Shown: piece by piece, positions 1 to 10,651 of the stretch
Layout: the number at the start of each line of letters is the position of its first letter
How positions within the stretch are numbered: position 1 is the first letter of the stretch
DNA from: Fusobacteriota bacterium
GTDB taxonomy: Bacteria > Fusobacteriota > Fusobacteriia > Fusobacteriales > JBNJFI01
Assembly (NCBI GenBank): GCA_051746725.1
Contig: JBNJFI010000002.1
Coordinates: forward strand, 11,844-75,843
DNA: 64,000 bases
Reading direction: 5' to 3'
Program-made: the position numbers and the translations under genes
The notes under the pieces: generated by a model
Databases searched by the model: none
What the model was told of the DNA's origin: nothing
What the model saw: the letters and a program-made list of their open reading frames with translations, nothing else

Positions 1-1760
1 GTTCAGGGGGAATGATTGGAGCTATTATTTCAATTGCTCTGTTTACTCTCTTTGGTAATCCAGGAGCCATTATTATTTTGTTAACTCTGATGTCTTTATC
101 TTTGTTTATTTTTGCCAATCAACTAATAAAAAGTTTAGTAAAAGGAATTTTTGTTAATTTAAAAAATATAAAAATGCCTAAATTAAAAAAGAAAGTTTCA
201 ACTAAAATCAAAAAAGTTAATAAAAATAATAAGCCTGAAAAAATAAAAAAAAGAATAAAATTAAAAAAGCAAGATAAACGTCTAAAACAAAAAAAGAAAT
301 CTATTAATTCTAAAGAATCTAAAAACAAAGAGATAAAAAAGACTACAAAAACCAGAGAACCTTCTAAAAATAAAGTAGCTATTCAAAATAAAAAGACCGA
401 TTCTGGTAGTGAAGTAAAAGTCGAAGGTTTATTTGATGAAAAAAATAATAGTGATCAAGATGTCAAAGAAATAAAAAAACAAATTGAACATAAAATTGAA
501 AATTTAGAGCGAGTTTTATTAGAACATAAAATCGAGGCAAAAGTTATAAACTATGAACGAGGACCTGTAATTACAAGATTTGAATTGAGTATTCCCAGAG
601 GAGTACGTGTTAAAAAAATTGTTGCTAGAACAGATGATATTGCAATGAATTTAGCAGCTAAAAGTATTAGAATAGAAGCTCCTATACCAGGAAAGAATGC
701 AGTGGGAATTGAAATACCAAATGATGTAAAAGAGGCTGTTTATTTTTCAAGTTTAATAAAAACTAAACAATATAAAAATTCTGATGCAAAATTAAAATTA
801 ATCCTTGGAAATAATATTGTTGGAGATCATATAATAGTAGACCTAACTGAGATGCCTCACCTTTTAATAGCAGGAAGAACAGGATCTGGAAAAAGTGTTT
901 GCATTAATACACTTATTTCTGGTATGATATCTAAAATGTCACCTGAAGAAGTCAAATTTATTTTAGTTGATCCAAAAATGGTGGAATTAATGCCATATAA
1001 CGATATTCCACACTTGTTAGTCCCTGTTATAACTAACCCAAAACTTGCGGCTACAGCTCTAAAATGGACTGTAAATGAAATGGAAGATAGGTACAAAAAA
1101 TTATCAAAGTTACAAGTCCGTAATTTAGAATCATATAATAAAAAATCATCTGAAGAAAATTTACCATATATAGTTGTTGTTATTGATGAATTAGCGGATC
1201 TCATGATGGTAGCTTCTTCTTCTGTTGAAACATCTATATCTAGGATTGCTCAAAAAGCACGGGCTGTTGGAATTCACCTTATAATTGCAACTCAAAGACC
1301 TTCAACTGATGTAGTAACAGGAACAATAAAAGCAAATTTACCATCTAGAATATCTTTTTCTGTTGCATCTCAGATAGATTCTAGAACTATATTAGATACT
1401 TCTGGAGCAGAAAAATTACTTGGGAAAGGAGATATGCTGTTTTTAGAATCAGGAAGCCCAAATCTTTCAAGGATTCAAGGAGCTTTTATAACAGATGAAG
1501 AGGTTGTAAAATTAACAGAATATTTAAAAAAACAACGGTCACCTGAATATAATGAAAAAGTTACGAGCCAAGAATTTAATAAAGAGACCGATGAACTTTT
1601 TGATAAAGCAATTGAAGTTATTAAGGAAGCTGAAAAAGTTTCTATATCACTTTTACAAAGGAAACTTAGAGTTGGCTATGCTAGAGCAGGAAGAATTGTA
1701 GATGATTTAGAGGAAAATGGTATAATATCAAGTGACAGGGAGATTTTAATAGATGTATAA
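1..1760 (+). CDS. ftsK: DNA translocase FtsK/SpoIIIE (5' end probably outside the window)
   Basis: Walker A GRTGSGKS, VVIDELADLM, ATQRPS, GAEKLLGKGDML and a gamma domain (SISLLQRKLRVGYARAGRIVD). The frame is open upstream of the ATG at 12 to the window edge. Confidence 0.95.
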   Translation, partial: SGGMIGAIISIALFTLFGNPGAIIILLTLMSLSLFIFANQLIKSLVKGIFVNLKNIKMPKLKKKVSTKIKKVNKNNKPEKIKKRIKLKKQDKRLKQKKKSINSKESKNKEIKKTTKTREPSKNKVAIQNKKTDSGSEVKVEGLFDEKNNSDQDVKEIKKQIEHKIENLERVLLEHKIEAKVINYERGPVITRFELSIPRGVRVKKIVARTDDIAMNLAAKSIRIEAPIPGKNAVGIEIPNDVKEAVYFSSLIKTKQYKNSDAKLKLILGNNIVGDHIIVDLTEMPHLLIAGRTGSGKSVCINTLISGMISKMSPEEVKFILVDPKMVELMPYNDIPHLLVPVITNPKLAATALKWTVNEMEDRYKKLSKLQVRNLESYNKKSSEENLPYIVVVIDELADLMMVASSSVETSISRIAQKARAVGIHLIIATQRPSTDVVTGTIKANLPSRISFSVASQIDSRTILDTSGAEKLLGKGDMLFLESGSPNLSRIQGAFITDEEVVKLTEYLKKQRSPEYNEKVTSQEFNKETDELFDKAIEVIKEAEKVSISLLQRKLRVGYARAGRIVDDLEENGIISSDREILIDV

Positions 1761-2121
1761 AATAATATTTCTTTTTCTAATAATTTTAATTGTGTTATAT
1801 TTAATGTTTAGAAAAAATGAAGATTCATATTCCAATAATACTGGGGCTATTTCCGGAATGGTTTTATTCAAAGTTGGAAAAAAGCCTATGGAAAAAGCTA
1901 TGGTATCACTTGGAAAAATAGAGTCTTCTGGATCTCAGCAAAGATTTATAGTTGAAGATAATTTAGAGACAATAACCAACTCAGATGGAGAATTCTCATT
2001 TGAAAATTTGAAATTAAAAAAATATTGGGTTAAAGCAGAAAAAAATGGGAAAAAAGCTTTAAGATTGGTAAAATTAACAGAAGACACAAAATTTATAGAA
2101 GAATTAGTTTTATACTTATAA
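1753..2121 (+). CDS. Membrane-anchored protein with a carboxypeptidase-regulatory-like/Cna-B-type beta domain
   Basis: N-terminal TM helix, GAISGMV and TITNSDGEFSFENL...YWVKAEK pattern; overlaps the ftsK stop. Confidence 0.6.
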   Translation: MYKIIFLFLIILIVLYLMFRKNEDSYSNNTGAISGMVLFKVGKKPMEKAMVSLGKIESSGSQQRFIVEDNLETITNSDGEFSFENLKLKKYWVKAEKNGKKALRLVKLTEDTKFIEELVLYL

Positions 2122-2134
2122 AAGGAGAATATTT

Positions 2135-2722
2135 ATGATACTAGCTTCAAGTTCGCCTAGAAGAAAAGAAATTTTAAGCAAAATATTTAATAATTTATCA
2201 ATAAAAACCAAAGATATAAAAGAAATCAGTGATAAAAAAACTATAATAGATCAAATTGAAGATATAGCTTTTAAAAAGTGTATAGCAGTGGCTACTGAAA
2301 ATCCAAATGAATATGTTTTGGCTGCAGATACAGTTGTGGTATTGGAAGATGAAATTATAACTAAACCTAATTCAAAAAAAGAGGCCAAGGATATATTAAA
2401 AAGATTAAGTAATCATGAACATATAGTTATAACTGCATATTCTTTTTTGAATAAAAACAAAAATATTAAAATAATTAATCATGATATTACAAAAGTCTAT
2501 ATGCGAGAGATAAGTGAACTAGATATTGATTGGTATATCAATTCTAAAGAGCCTTTAGATAAAGCTGGAGCTTATGGAATTCAAGAAAAAGGAAGTATTT
2601 TTGTAAAAAAAATAGAAGGGGATTTTTTTAATGTAATGGGATTTCCATTATCAAAGTTTATTTATGATTTACGAGAAAATAATATTAAAATTACAGATTT
2701 GGAAAATAATCTAGCTAAATAA
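2135..2722 (+). CDS. maf: Maf nucleoside triphosphate pyrophosphatase
   Basis: ILASSSPRRKEIL, ADTVV, DKAGAYGIQ, NVMGFP; AAGGAG RBS. Confidence 0.95.
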   Translation: MILASSSPRRKEILSKIFNNLSIKTKDIKEISDKKTIIDQIEDIAFKKCIAVATENPNEYVLAADTVVVLEDEIITKPNSKKEAKDILKRLSNHEHIVITAYSFLNKNKNIKIINHDITKVYMREISELDIDWYINSKEPLDKAGAYGIQEKGSIFVKKIEGDFFNVMGFPLSKFIYDLRENNIKITDLENNLAK

Positions 2723-2743
2723 ATATAAGAAAGGAATCTTAAG

Positions 2744-3808
2744 ATGGATTTTAAGAAAAAATTTAAAGAAGAAATCAAAAAAGTTACTAATATTTTTTCA
2801 GAAGATGTTGGTGTAGATTTAGGAACAGCAAATACTCTGGTTTATGTTAAAAATAAGGGGGTAGTTTTGCAAGAGCCTTCTGTCATAGCTTTGGATTCTA
2901 AAACTAAGGAAATATATGCAGTCGGACAAGAAGCTAAAGATATGATCGGGAAAACTCCAAGAAATTTAAAGGCAATTAAACCTCTACAAGACGGAGTAAT
3001 AGCTGATTATGAAGTAACAGAGAAAATGTTACAGTTCTTTTTGAATAAAACAAAAAAGAGAAAATTTTTTAGTAATCCACGTGTAATAATATGTGTCCCA
3101 GCAGGGGTTACTCAAGTTGAAAAAAGAGCTGTTATGGACGTAGCCAGAGAAGCCGGTGCCAGAGAAGCCTACTTGATAGAAGAACCTATGGCAGCAGCAA
3201 TAGGAACTGGGCTAGATATTTTTAAACCAGAAGGGAATATGATTGTCGATATCGGTGGGGGAACTACAGAAATTGCAATTATATCTTTAGGAGGTATAGT
3301 AGAAAAAACATCTTTAAGAGTTGCTGGTGATACTTTAAATAATGATATTATTTCATATATACGTCAAGAGTATGACATTGTCGTAGGAGAAAAAACTGCT
3401 GAAGAATTAAAAATTGAAATTGCAACAGCAATGAAATTAGAAAAGGAATCCACATTTGATATTAGGGGAAGAAATATACTTAATGGATTACCTATAAATA
3501 TAACTTTAACTTCAAATGGTATAAAATCAGCAATAGATGAATCAGTTCGTGAAATCATAGAAGAAATTAAAGTTATTTTAGAAAAAGCTCCAACAGAATT
3601 ATTGGCTGATATATATCAAAAAGGTATTGTTCTAACTGGTGGAGGAGCTCTTATTACTGGTTTAAAAGAAAAAATTTCTGAAGAATTGCGAATCCCTATA
3701 TATGTTGCAGATGATCCAATTCACTCTGTTATCAATGGAATAGGAAAATTATTAGAAGAATTTCCTAAATATGAAAGGGTGATTATATCTCCAGAAACTG
3801 ATTATTAA
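2744..3808 (+). CDS. mreB: Rod shape-determining protein MreB
   Basis: GVDLGTANTLV, PLQDGVIADY, IEEPMAAAIG, VDIGGGTTEIA, LTGGGAL. Confidence 0.95.
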   Translation: MDFKKKFKEEIKKVTNIFSEDVGVDLGTANTLVYVKNKGVVLQEPSVIALDSKTKEIYAVGQEAKDMIGKTPRNLKAIKPLQDGVIADYEVTEKMLQFFLNKTKKRKFFSNPRVIICVPAGVTQVEKRAVMDVAREAGAREAYLIEEPMAAAIGTGLDIFKPEGNMIVDIGGGTTEIAIISLGGIVEKTSLRVAGDTLNNDIISYIRQEYDIVVGEKTAEELKIEIATAMKLEKESTFDIRGRNILNGLPINITLTSNGIKSAIDESVREIIEEIKVILEKAPTELLADIYQKGIVLTGGGALITGLKEKISEELRIPIYVADDPIHSVINGIGKLLEEFPKYERVIISPETDY

Positions 3809-3822
3809 AATTAGGAGGGAAT

Positions 3823-6078
3823 ATGAGAAAACCGATTATAAAATATATAATTTTTGCTTCGATATTAAGCATTACTTTAATTTTTGGATTTTCACCCAAA
3901 ATAAAAAAGTCAATATATGAAACAAATATTAATCAGAAAAAAGAGAAAATATCTTCTAAAATTAATATAATAAGAAATAATTTAACCAATGATAATATGA
4001 TCCAGTTTAAAAACCTATATAATCTAGAAGACTTAAGTTTAATCAACAATGGAAAAATCATTAAGAGTGGAGATCTCGGTAATTTAAATGAAGATAAAGA
4101 ATTAAAACCTATATCAAATATTACTAAAGAATCTTTTTTGGAAAAAGGATATTGGATTGATTCTGAGACAGAGTTAACTTATTATATACCAGCAAATAAT
4201 GAAGATGGTATCATCGCAGTAAAGACAAATACCAAAGAAGAATTGGATCATGCAAAAAAAGTTTTACGTAAAATACAAAAGATTCTAATGGGGATTCTTT
4301 TGATAGTGATTTTAGGAATATTCATTTTTTATGTATATAATTTTTATTATCCTTTTTATGAAACAGATAAACATATTAAAAAAATAAACGATCCCTTAAA
4401 TATTTCTCAATATACTAACAAATTAAGTCCTGATAATAAGGGGGATTTTAAATCTTTAATCATTCATATCAATGAGCTTTGGGAAAAATTGTATAAAAGA
4501 CTTGATGTTATAGATAAAGATCGAAATGCAACAAAAAAGCTGTATAATATTATGAAATTGAATAATTCTAAGATATTATCCCTATATGAATTTGCAAAGA
4601 CTCTGGCATTTGATATAAAATTAGATAAGATATATGAAAAAACAGAAAAAATTCTGTTTGAAATAATGGATGCCAATGCATTTGTATTGTTATTAGAAAA
4701 AAATAATTCTTTTGAAGTCGAAGCGATAAAAGGTATTTCTAATTATGAAAATTTAAAACAAAAGGATCTCGTAGATTATCTTAAAAAAATTTCAAAATCA
4801 GTAAAAATAAGGAATACTGTTGAAGATAGTAAGTTTGAATTTATTAATATGAAAAATGATGACTTAAAAAAATTAAATTCACTAATAGCAATTCCAATTA
4901 AAAACTCTAATGAATTTATTGGATATATGATTGTTGATGGAGTATTTAATAACAAATTAAAACACACTGATGAAATAAAAACATTAACAAGTATAGGGGA
5001 AATCGTTGGGAAATCTTTAAGTCAAGCTTTAAAATATAGAGAGATGAATATTGGACTAAATCTAGCTAGAATTTTATATCGGATTACAACTTTAGTTGAA
5101 AAAGAAAAAGATCTCTATGAGATTTTTAGAGAAATAGTACACTCAATTAAAGGGATTATAGATTATACATCGGCTTCTATTTATATGTTAAATGACAATA
5201 ATGAATTAGAGCCTACTCCAGAATACAGAGAAGGAGAAGAAGATGATATTCTGGAAAGTGTTGAATTTAAATTAGGTAGAGGTATAAAGGCTTTGGTTGC
5301 AAATAAAAAAGAAGCAATTATCATAAAAGATGTTCGTAAGAATCAAAAAAGTCTAAAAAGCGTTTTTAATGAAACCGAAAATTCAATAGCATCTTTTATA
5401 TCTGTTCCAATGCTTATAAATAACAAATTAATTGGAGTGATGAATTTAAGTCATAAGGAACCTAATAAATTCAAAATAGAAGATAAAAAAATATTAAGAG
5501 TATTTGCCAATCAGGCGGCTTCAACTATTAGAAAAGTCAAAAAAGATAAAAAAATTGAAGATCTTTTAGCCAAAGTAAAAAGAGAATCTATAACTGATCC
5601 ATTAACTCAGCTCTATAATAGACGATATATGATGACAAGTTTAGAAAGAGAACTAGACAGAGCTCGTAGAGAAGGATCTCAAGTTGGTCTATTGGCCACA
5701 GACATAGATCACTTTAAAAAATTTAATGATACCTATGGACATCAAGCAGGAGATTTTGTATTACAGGAAGTTGCCGTTGAATTAAAAAATGATATAAGAA
5801 TGATGGACCTTGCTTGTAGATATGGAGGAGAAGAATTCTTTATTATTCTCCCAAATATTGATCAAAACACGTTAAAAAAAGTTGCTTTTAGAATTTTAAA
5901 TGGTATCAGAAATAAAACTATGGTATATGAAAATCAAAATTTAAGTGTAACTATTAGTATTGGGACAGCAATTTCTTCAAATAATATACAATCTTCAAAG
6001 GAACTAATAGAAAGAGCAGATAATGCACTTTATAAAGCAAAAAATACAGGTCGTAATAAAGTAATTGTCTATAATTAA
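3823..6078 (+). CDS. Membrane-bound diguanylate cyclase (2 TM, two GAF-like domains, GGDEF domain)
   Basis: TDPLTQLYNRR, DIDHFKKFNDTYGHQAGD, RMMD I-site, RYGGEEF, ADNALYKAKNTGRNKV; GAF-like segment SFISVPMLINNKLIGVMNL; AGGAGG RBS. Confidence 0.9.
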   Translation: MRKPIIKYIIFASILSITLIFGFSPKIKKSIYETNINQKKEKISSKINIIRNNLTNDNMIQFKNLYNLEDLSLINNGKIIKSGDLGNLNEDKELKPISNITKESFLEKGYWIDSETELTYYIPANNEDGIIAVKTNTKEELDHAKKVLRKIQKILMGILLIVILGIFIFYVYNFYYPFYETDKHIKKINDPLNISQYTNKLSPDNKGDFKSLIIHINELWEKLYKRLDVIDKDRNATKKLYNIMKLNNSKILSLYEFAKTLAFDIKLDKIYEKTEKILFEIMDANAFVLLLEKNNSFEVEAIKGISNYENLKQKDLVDYLKKISKSVKIRNTVEDSKFEFINMKNDDLKKLNSLIAIPIKNSNEFIGYMIVDGVFNNKLKHTDEIKTLTSIGEIVGKSLSQALKYREMNIGLNLARILYRITTLVEKEKDLYEIFREIVHSIKGIIDYTSASIYMLNDNNELEPTPEYREGEEDDILESVEFKLGRGIKALVANKKEAIIIKDVRKNQKSLKSVFNETENSIASFISVPMLINNKLIGVMNLSHKEPNKFKIEDKKILRVFANQAASTIRKVKKDKKIEDLLAKVKRESITDPLTQLYNRRYMMTSLERELDRARREGSQVGLLATDIDHFKKFNDTYGHQAGDFVLQEVAVELKNDIRMMDLACRYGGEEFFIILPNIDQNTLKKVAFRILNGIRNKTMVYENQNLSVTISIGTAISSNNIQSSKELIERADNALYKAKNTGRNKVIVYN

Positions 6079-6095
6079 TTTAAAAAGGAGGTATC

Positions 6096-7781
6096 ATGAA
6101 AAAAACGATATTTTTTATGATATTATTAATCAGTATTTCGGGATATGGTGAGACTGTCATTCCTAGTGGAAATGACGATATATATTTTGAATTTGATACA
6201 AAGAATTTTCTAGTTTCAAACATTAAATCAAAAAAGCATGAGATACCATTGGAAAAATTAAAATTTGGAATTTTCATTGATGATAAATTTATAAATTTTA
6301 AAGATATTAATCAAAAAATTGAATATATCATTAATACCAATATTATACAGATAACTTCAATAATAGATAATATTGAAATAACAACTTATTTATATGCATC
6401 TTACAAAAATACTCCACGAATCTATGTACATTCAAAAATTAATGCTATGAATTTTTCCGGTTCAAAAGCAATAAAGATGTTTTATAATTTAAATCCTATT
6501 TCTAAAAATGAAGTATTTAATGTTGATGACGATTTTCTTCAAGAAGAGAATATGAGAATCAAATCTTTAAATAATATGAATACTTTTTATTTGGCAAATA
6601 GTCGGAAAATAGATAACATAAGCTTAAAAAGTAAAAAATTAACTAAAATACATGAAAATAAAAATAGATCTGAAAATGAAAATATCCTTGTGATTAGTGA
6701 TTTAGGAAATATATCAAAATATGAAAAAAAAGAAGACTTCTCAGTTATAGCTTTTGACGAAAGAACACCAGATTTTTTAGATATTAAGTACACTCATCCT
6801 ATTGGAGAACAAATTCCTCTTTGGAAGCATTGGTTAAGCAATATACCTTTTGATAATTTAACTGATACAGAACAAAAGATAATGCACCAAAATTTTTCGT
6901 TATTAAAAACTTTTAATGCTGAGAATAATTCTTTATCTTTTGATTATAATGATCAAAATGATATTGATACTAAATTAAAAATAACTCTAGCTTTTTTAGA
7001 GGGGGGACACTTAGATAAGGGATTTGAAAATTTAAATTGTTTATTGGATAATTATATAAAACAAACAGACCTTGAAAGCTTAACTGATTTTGAAAATTTT
7101 GCTAAATTTTTAAATTTATTTGCCAAATATATTAACAAAAGTTCAAACACTTTATTTTTACAAAAAAATTATGTATATATTGTCAATTACATAACAGAAC
7201 CTATATATAATAAATTAAAAAACACTAAAAATATTTCAACTTTAGAATCAGCTAGTAGTTTATATAATTTATCTATTATCTTAAAAGATTTTTCTGATGA
7301 ACTTGAATGGTTTATTCCAGATGGACTCCTAACTAAGTATCGATATCAAGCCAATGACATGATAAGCAAATTTAAAAATAAAAAATTAGAAAAAATAAAA
7401 ATTTCTGAAATAAAAGTTGAAGATTTGTATTTTTTAGTTAGATCTGGCTTAATTTCTAATAACAAGCTGACTCAATTTTTACTGAGTTTTAAAACAGAAA
7501 ATACCGAATTGAATAATTATAAAACATATAGGATGATAGACAAAATTATAGTAATTAAATCCTTATATGAGATAGGTGATTTTGATGAAGCAATGGAAAT
7601 CAAGAAAGAGCTGGATCAAATAATTATGGATAACAACTATATAATTCCTGAGTATGTTAAACAAAATAATAATATATATAAATATGGTGAAGAAGGAATT
7701 GACCTTAATTTAGCTGCTGAATACATTTTAATGATATATGATAGAGAAAAATTAAGGAGTAAATATGGATATCAAAAATAA
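6096..7781 (+). CDS. Exported hypothetical protein (possibly a beta-sandwich plus helical, glycoside-hydrolase-like architecture)
   Basis: 561-aa ORF with AGGAGG RBS and signal peptide; no catalytic motif recognised. Confidence 0.6.
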   Translation: MKKTIFFMILLISISGYGETVIPSGNDDIYFEFDTKNFLVSNIKSKKHEIPLEKLKFGIFIDDKFINFKDINQKIEYIINTNIIQITSIIDNIEITTYLYASYKNTPRIYVHSKINAMNFSGSKAIKMFYNLNPISKNEVFNVDDDFLQEENMRIKSLNNMNTFYLANSRKIDNISLKSKKLTKIHENKNRSENENILVISDLGNISKYEKKEDFSVIAFDERTPDFLDIKYTHPIGEQIPLWKHWLSNIPFDNLTDTEQKIMHQNFSLLKTFNAENNSLSFDYNDQNDIDTKLKITLAFLEGGHLDKGFENLNCLLDNYIKQTDLESLTDFENFAKFLNLFAKYINKSSNTLFLQKNYVYIVNYITEPIYNKLKNTKNISTLESASSLYNLSIILKDFSDELEWFIPDGLLTKYRYQANDMISKFKNKKLEKIKISEIKVEDLYFLVRSGLISNNKLTQFLLSFKTENTELNNYKTYRMIDKIIVIKSLYEIGDFDEAMEIKKELDQIIMDNNYIIPEYVKQNNNIYKYGEEGIDLNLAAEYILMIYDREKLRSKYGYQK

Positions 7782-8301
7782 AATCGAAGCGATTTTGTTT
7801 TTAGCGGGAGATATTATTGATATTACAGAATTTCAAAGAGTTTTAGATGTTTCTAAAAAGGATATAAATAGAATTTTAAAAGAAATGGAAAGCGAAAAAA
7901 AACATACTGGATTGAATATAAAAATTAAAGACAATAAGGTGCAATTAATAACTAACCCAAATTATGGTAAAGTAATTTCCCAATTTTTTAATAAAAAAGA
8001 TAAGCCAAAAAAGTTGACAAAAGCTGCTTTGGAAACTCTTTCCATAATTGCATATAATCAACCTGTAACAAAAATTGAAGTTGACGATATAAGAGGGGTT
8101 AATTCTGATAAAACTATTTCAACTCTTCAAGATAAAAATTTAGTTTTTATTTCTGGACAAAAGGACACTATTGGAACTCCTAATATATACAAAGTTACTG
8201 ATGATTTTTTCAAATATATGAATATAGAAAATTTAAGTGATTTACCAAAATATGACGAGGTGATGAATGAGCAAACAAAAAAAACAAGAAAGGATAAATA
8301 A
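7765..8301 (+). CDS. scpB: SMC-Scp complex subunit ScpB
   Basis: IEAILFLAG, LTKAALETLSIIAYNQPVTKIEVDDIRGVNS, GTPNIYKVT. Confidence 0.93.
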   Translation: MDIKNKIEAILFLAGDIIDITEFQRVLDVSKKDINRILKEMESEKKHTGLNIKIKDNKVQLITNPNYGKVISQFFNKKDKPKKLTKAALETLSIIAYNQPVTKIEVDDIRGVNSDKTISTLQDKNLVFISGQKDTIGTPNIYKVTDDFFKYMNIENLSDLPKYDEVMNEQTKKTRKDK

Positions 8302-9007
8302 ATTTTTAGCAAATTTAGGAATCGCTGCTAGAAGAAAAATCGATGATATGATTGAAGATGGCAGGGTAAAAGTTAATGGCAAAAAAGCTCAATTAGGTCA
8401 AAAAGTTACTCCAGATGATTCCATAGAAATAGATGGAGATAATATAAATACTGAAAAAGAGATTAAAAATGTATATTATCTTTTAAATAAACCACAAAAA
8501 GTTTTGAGTGCTACTAGTGATTATACAAATAGAAAACTGGTAGTTGATTTTATAAAAGATGATAAAAGAGTCTATCCAGTGGGAAGACTAGATTATGACA
8601 CAGAGGGAATTATTATTTTAACCAATGATGGAGATATAGTTAATAGAATTTTAAGGCCTTCTGCTAAAGTTTATAAAACTTATCTTGCTAAAGTTGAAGG
8701 AAAATTATCTTATAATGATTTAAAACTTCTAGAAGAAGGGATATATTTGCAAGATGGTCTAACTCTTCCAGCTAAAGCCAAAGTCGAAAGACGTATTAAA
8801 GGAAATACATGGGTCGAAATTAAAATTAGAGAAGGTCGAAATAGACAAGTTCGAAGGATGTTTGATCAGATTAATCATCCTGTTATGTTTTTACGTAGAA
8901 CTCAGATTGGCAAAATTAAAATTGGAAACTTATTACCTGGAGAATATAGAGATCTTACAAAAAAAGAACTAGATTATATTTATAACTTAGATGAAAAAAG
9001 AGATTAA
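8267..9007 (+). CDS. rluB: rRNA pseudouridine synthase, RluB/RsuA family
   Basis: S4 domain (ERINKFLANLGIAARRK), PVGRLDYDTEG, EGRNRQVRRM; follows scpB. Confidence 0.88.
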   Translation: MSKQKKQERINKFLANLGIAARRKIDDMIEDGRVKVNGKKAQLGQKVTPDDSIEIDGDNINTEKEIKNVYYLLNKPQKVLSATSDYTNRKLVVDFIKDDKRVYPVGRLDYDTEGIIILTNDGDIVNRILRPSAKVYKTYLAKVEGKLSYNDLKLLEEGIYLQDGLTLPAKAKVERRIKGNTWVEIKIREGRNRQVRRMFDQINHPVMFLRRTQIGKIKIGNLLPGEYRDLTKKELDYIYNLDEKRD

Positions 9008-9022
9008 ATATTGGAGGATGTT

Positions 9023-10339
9023 ATGATTAAAACAAAAAAGTATAATGGAGATATGAATTCAATCATGAATATAATTGATGGTCGATTCGTAATTGATGAA
9101 AAATATGAAAATCAGGTAAAGACTATTTTAAAAGATGTACGGACTAATAAAGAACAAGCTATAATAAAATATACCCAGAGATTTGATTCTGATACTTTTA
9201 AAAAAACTGATTTGAAAGTCACTAAAGAAGAAATAAAAAAAGCTTATGATTTAGTTGATAATGAATTTTTAGTAGCTATCAAAAAAGCTAAGGCTAATAT
9301 TGAAAAATTTCATAATAAACAGAAAAAAAATTCTTGGATGTCTTATGAAGAAAATGGTGCAACTTTAGGAATGAAAATTTCTCCAATTAATAGAGTTGGT
9401 TTATATGTTCCTGGTGGACAAGGAGGAAAAACTCCTCTTGTTTCGTCTGTGTTAATGAATGGAATACCAGCTAAGGTTGCTGGAGTAAAAGAGCTGGTTA
9501 TTGCAACTCCACCTAATTCAGATAACAAAGTCAACCCTTATCTTTTAGTTACTGCTGATCTTATTGGAATTTCGGATATATATAAAATGGGAAGTGCATG
9601 GGGAATAGGAGGATTAGCTTATGGACTATCAGAAGTTGAATTAAAACCTGTGGATAAAATAGTAGGTCCTGGAAATATTTATGTTACAGTTGCTAAAAAG
9701 CAATTATATGGAAAAGTTGATATTGATATGATTGCTGGACCAAGTGAAATATTAGTGATTGCAGATAAAAATTCAAACTCTAGATTTTTAGCAGCTGATC
9801 TTTTATCTCAGGCTGAACATGATAAAATGGCAGCGTCAATATTAATTACTGATTCTCAAGAAATTGCAAAAAAGGTTCAAAAAGAAATCGAAATTCAATT
9901 AGAAAATTTAAATCGTAAAGAAATTGCAAAAGAAAGTATTGAAAATAATGGCTTAATTATTTTAGTAGATAATTTAGAAGATGGATTTAAAATTTCAAAT
10001 GAAATTGCTCCAGAACATTTGGAATTAGAAATTGAAAATCCATTTGAATATATAAATAAAGTTAAAAATGCCGGAGCAATATTTTTAGGAAGTTATACTC
10101 CTGAACCAGTTGGAGATTATTTTGCTGGTCCGAATCATGTATTACCTACTAATAAAACGGCAAAATTTTATTCACCACTTAATGTAGATGATTTTACTAA
10201 GAAAACTTCGATATTAAATTATCCTAAAGAGTTATTATTAAAAGAAGCAGATAATATAATAAAGATAGCTAATGTCGAAGGATTAGATGGACATGCTAAC
10301 TCTATAAAAGTACGAAAAGAAGAAAATAATAAAAAATAG
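9023..10339 (+). CDS. hisD: Histidinol dehydrogenase
   Basis: VGLYVPGG, DKIVGPGNIYV, IDMIAGPSE, DLLSQAEHD, APEHLE, GDYFAGPNHVLPT. Start moved to the ATG at 9023 behind GGAGG. Confidence 0.95.
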   Translation: MIKTKKYNGDMNSIMNIIDGRFVIDEKYENQVKTILKDVRTNKEQAIIKYTQRFDSDTFKKTDLKVTKEEIKKAYDLVDNEFLVAIKKAKANIEKFHNKQKKNSWMSYEENGATLGMKISPINRVGLYVPGGQGGKTPLVSSVLMNGIPAKVAGVKELVIATPPNSDNKVNPYLLVTADLIGISDIYKMGSAWGIGGLAYGLSEVELKPVDKIVGPGNIYVTVAKKQLYGKVDIDMIAGPSEILVIADKNSNSRFLAADLLSQAEHDKMAASILITDSQEIAKKVQKEIEIQLENLNRKEIAKESIENNGLIILVDNLEDGFKISNEIAPEHLELEIENPFEYINKVKNAGAIFLGSYTPEPVGDYFAGPNHVLPTNKTAKFYSPLNVDDFTKKTSILNYPKELLLKEADNIIKIANVEGLDGHANSIKVRKEENNKK

Positions 10340-10348
10340 GAGGAAAAG

Positions 10349-10636
10349 ATGGCTTTAACAAAAGAAGAAGTATTAAAAATTGCTGAATTATCTCGACTTG
10401 AAATAAGTGATGATGAAGTTGAAAAATATCAAACCCAATTAAATGACATTTTAAGCTATGTGGAACAACTAAATGAGGTAGATACCGATGATGTTAAACC
10501 TTTATCACATGCAATTAATTTAAAAAATGTTTTAAGAAAAGATGTTGTGAAGGAATCAATAAATATCAATGATGCGATGAAAAATGCTCCTGAGCATGAA
10601 GGTGGAGCATTTATAGTACCAAAAGTTGTAAACTAA
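10349..10636 (+). CDS. gatC: Asp/Glu-tRNA amidotransferase subunit C
   Basis: EEVLKIAELSRL...LRKD...NAP...FIVPKVV; precedes gatA. Confidence 0.95.
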   Translation: MALTKEEVLKIAELSRLEISDDEVEKYQTQLNDILSYVEQLNEVDTDDVKPLSHAINLKNVLRKDVVKESININDAMKNAPEHEGGAFIVPKVVN

Positions 10637-10651
10637 AATTAGGAGGTTAAG

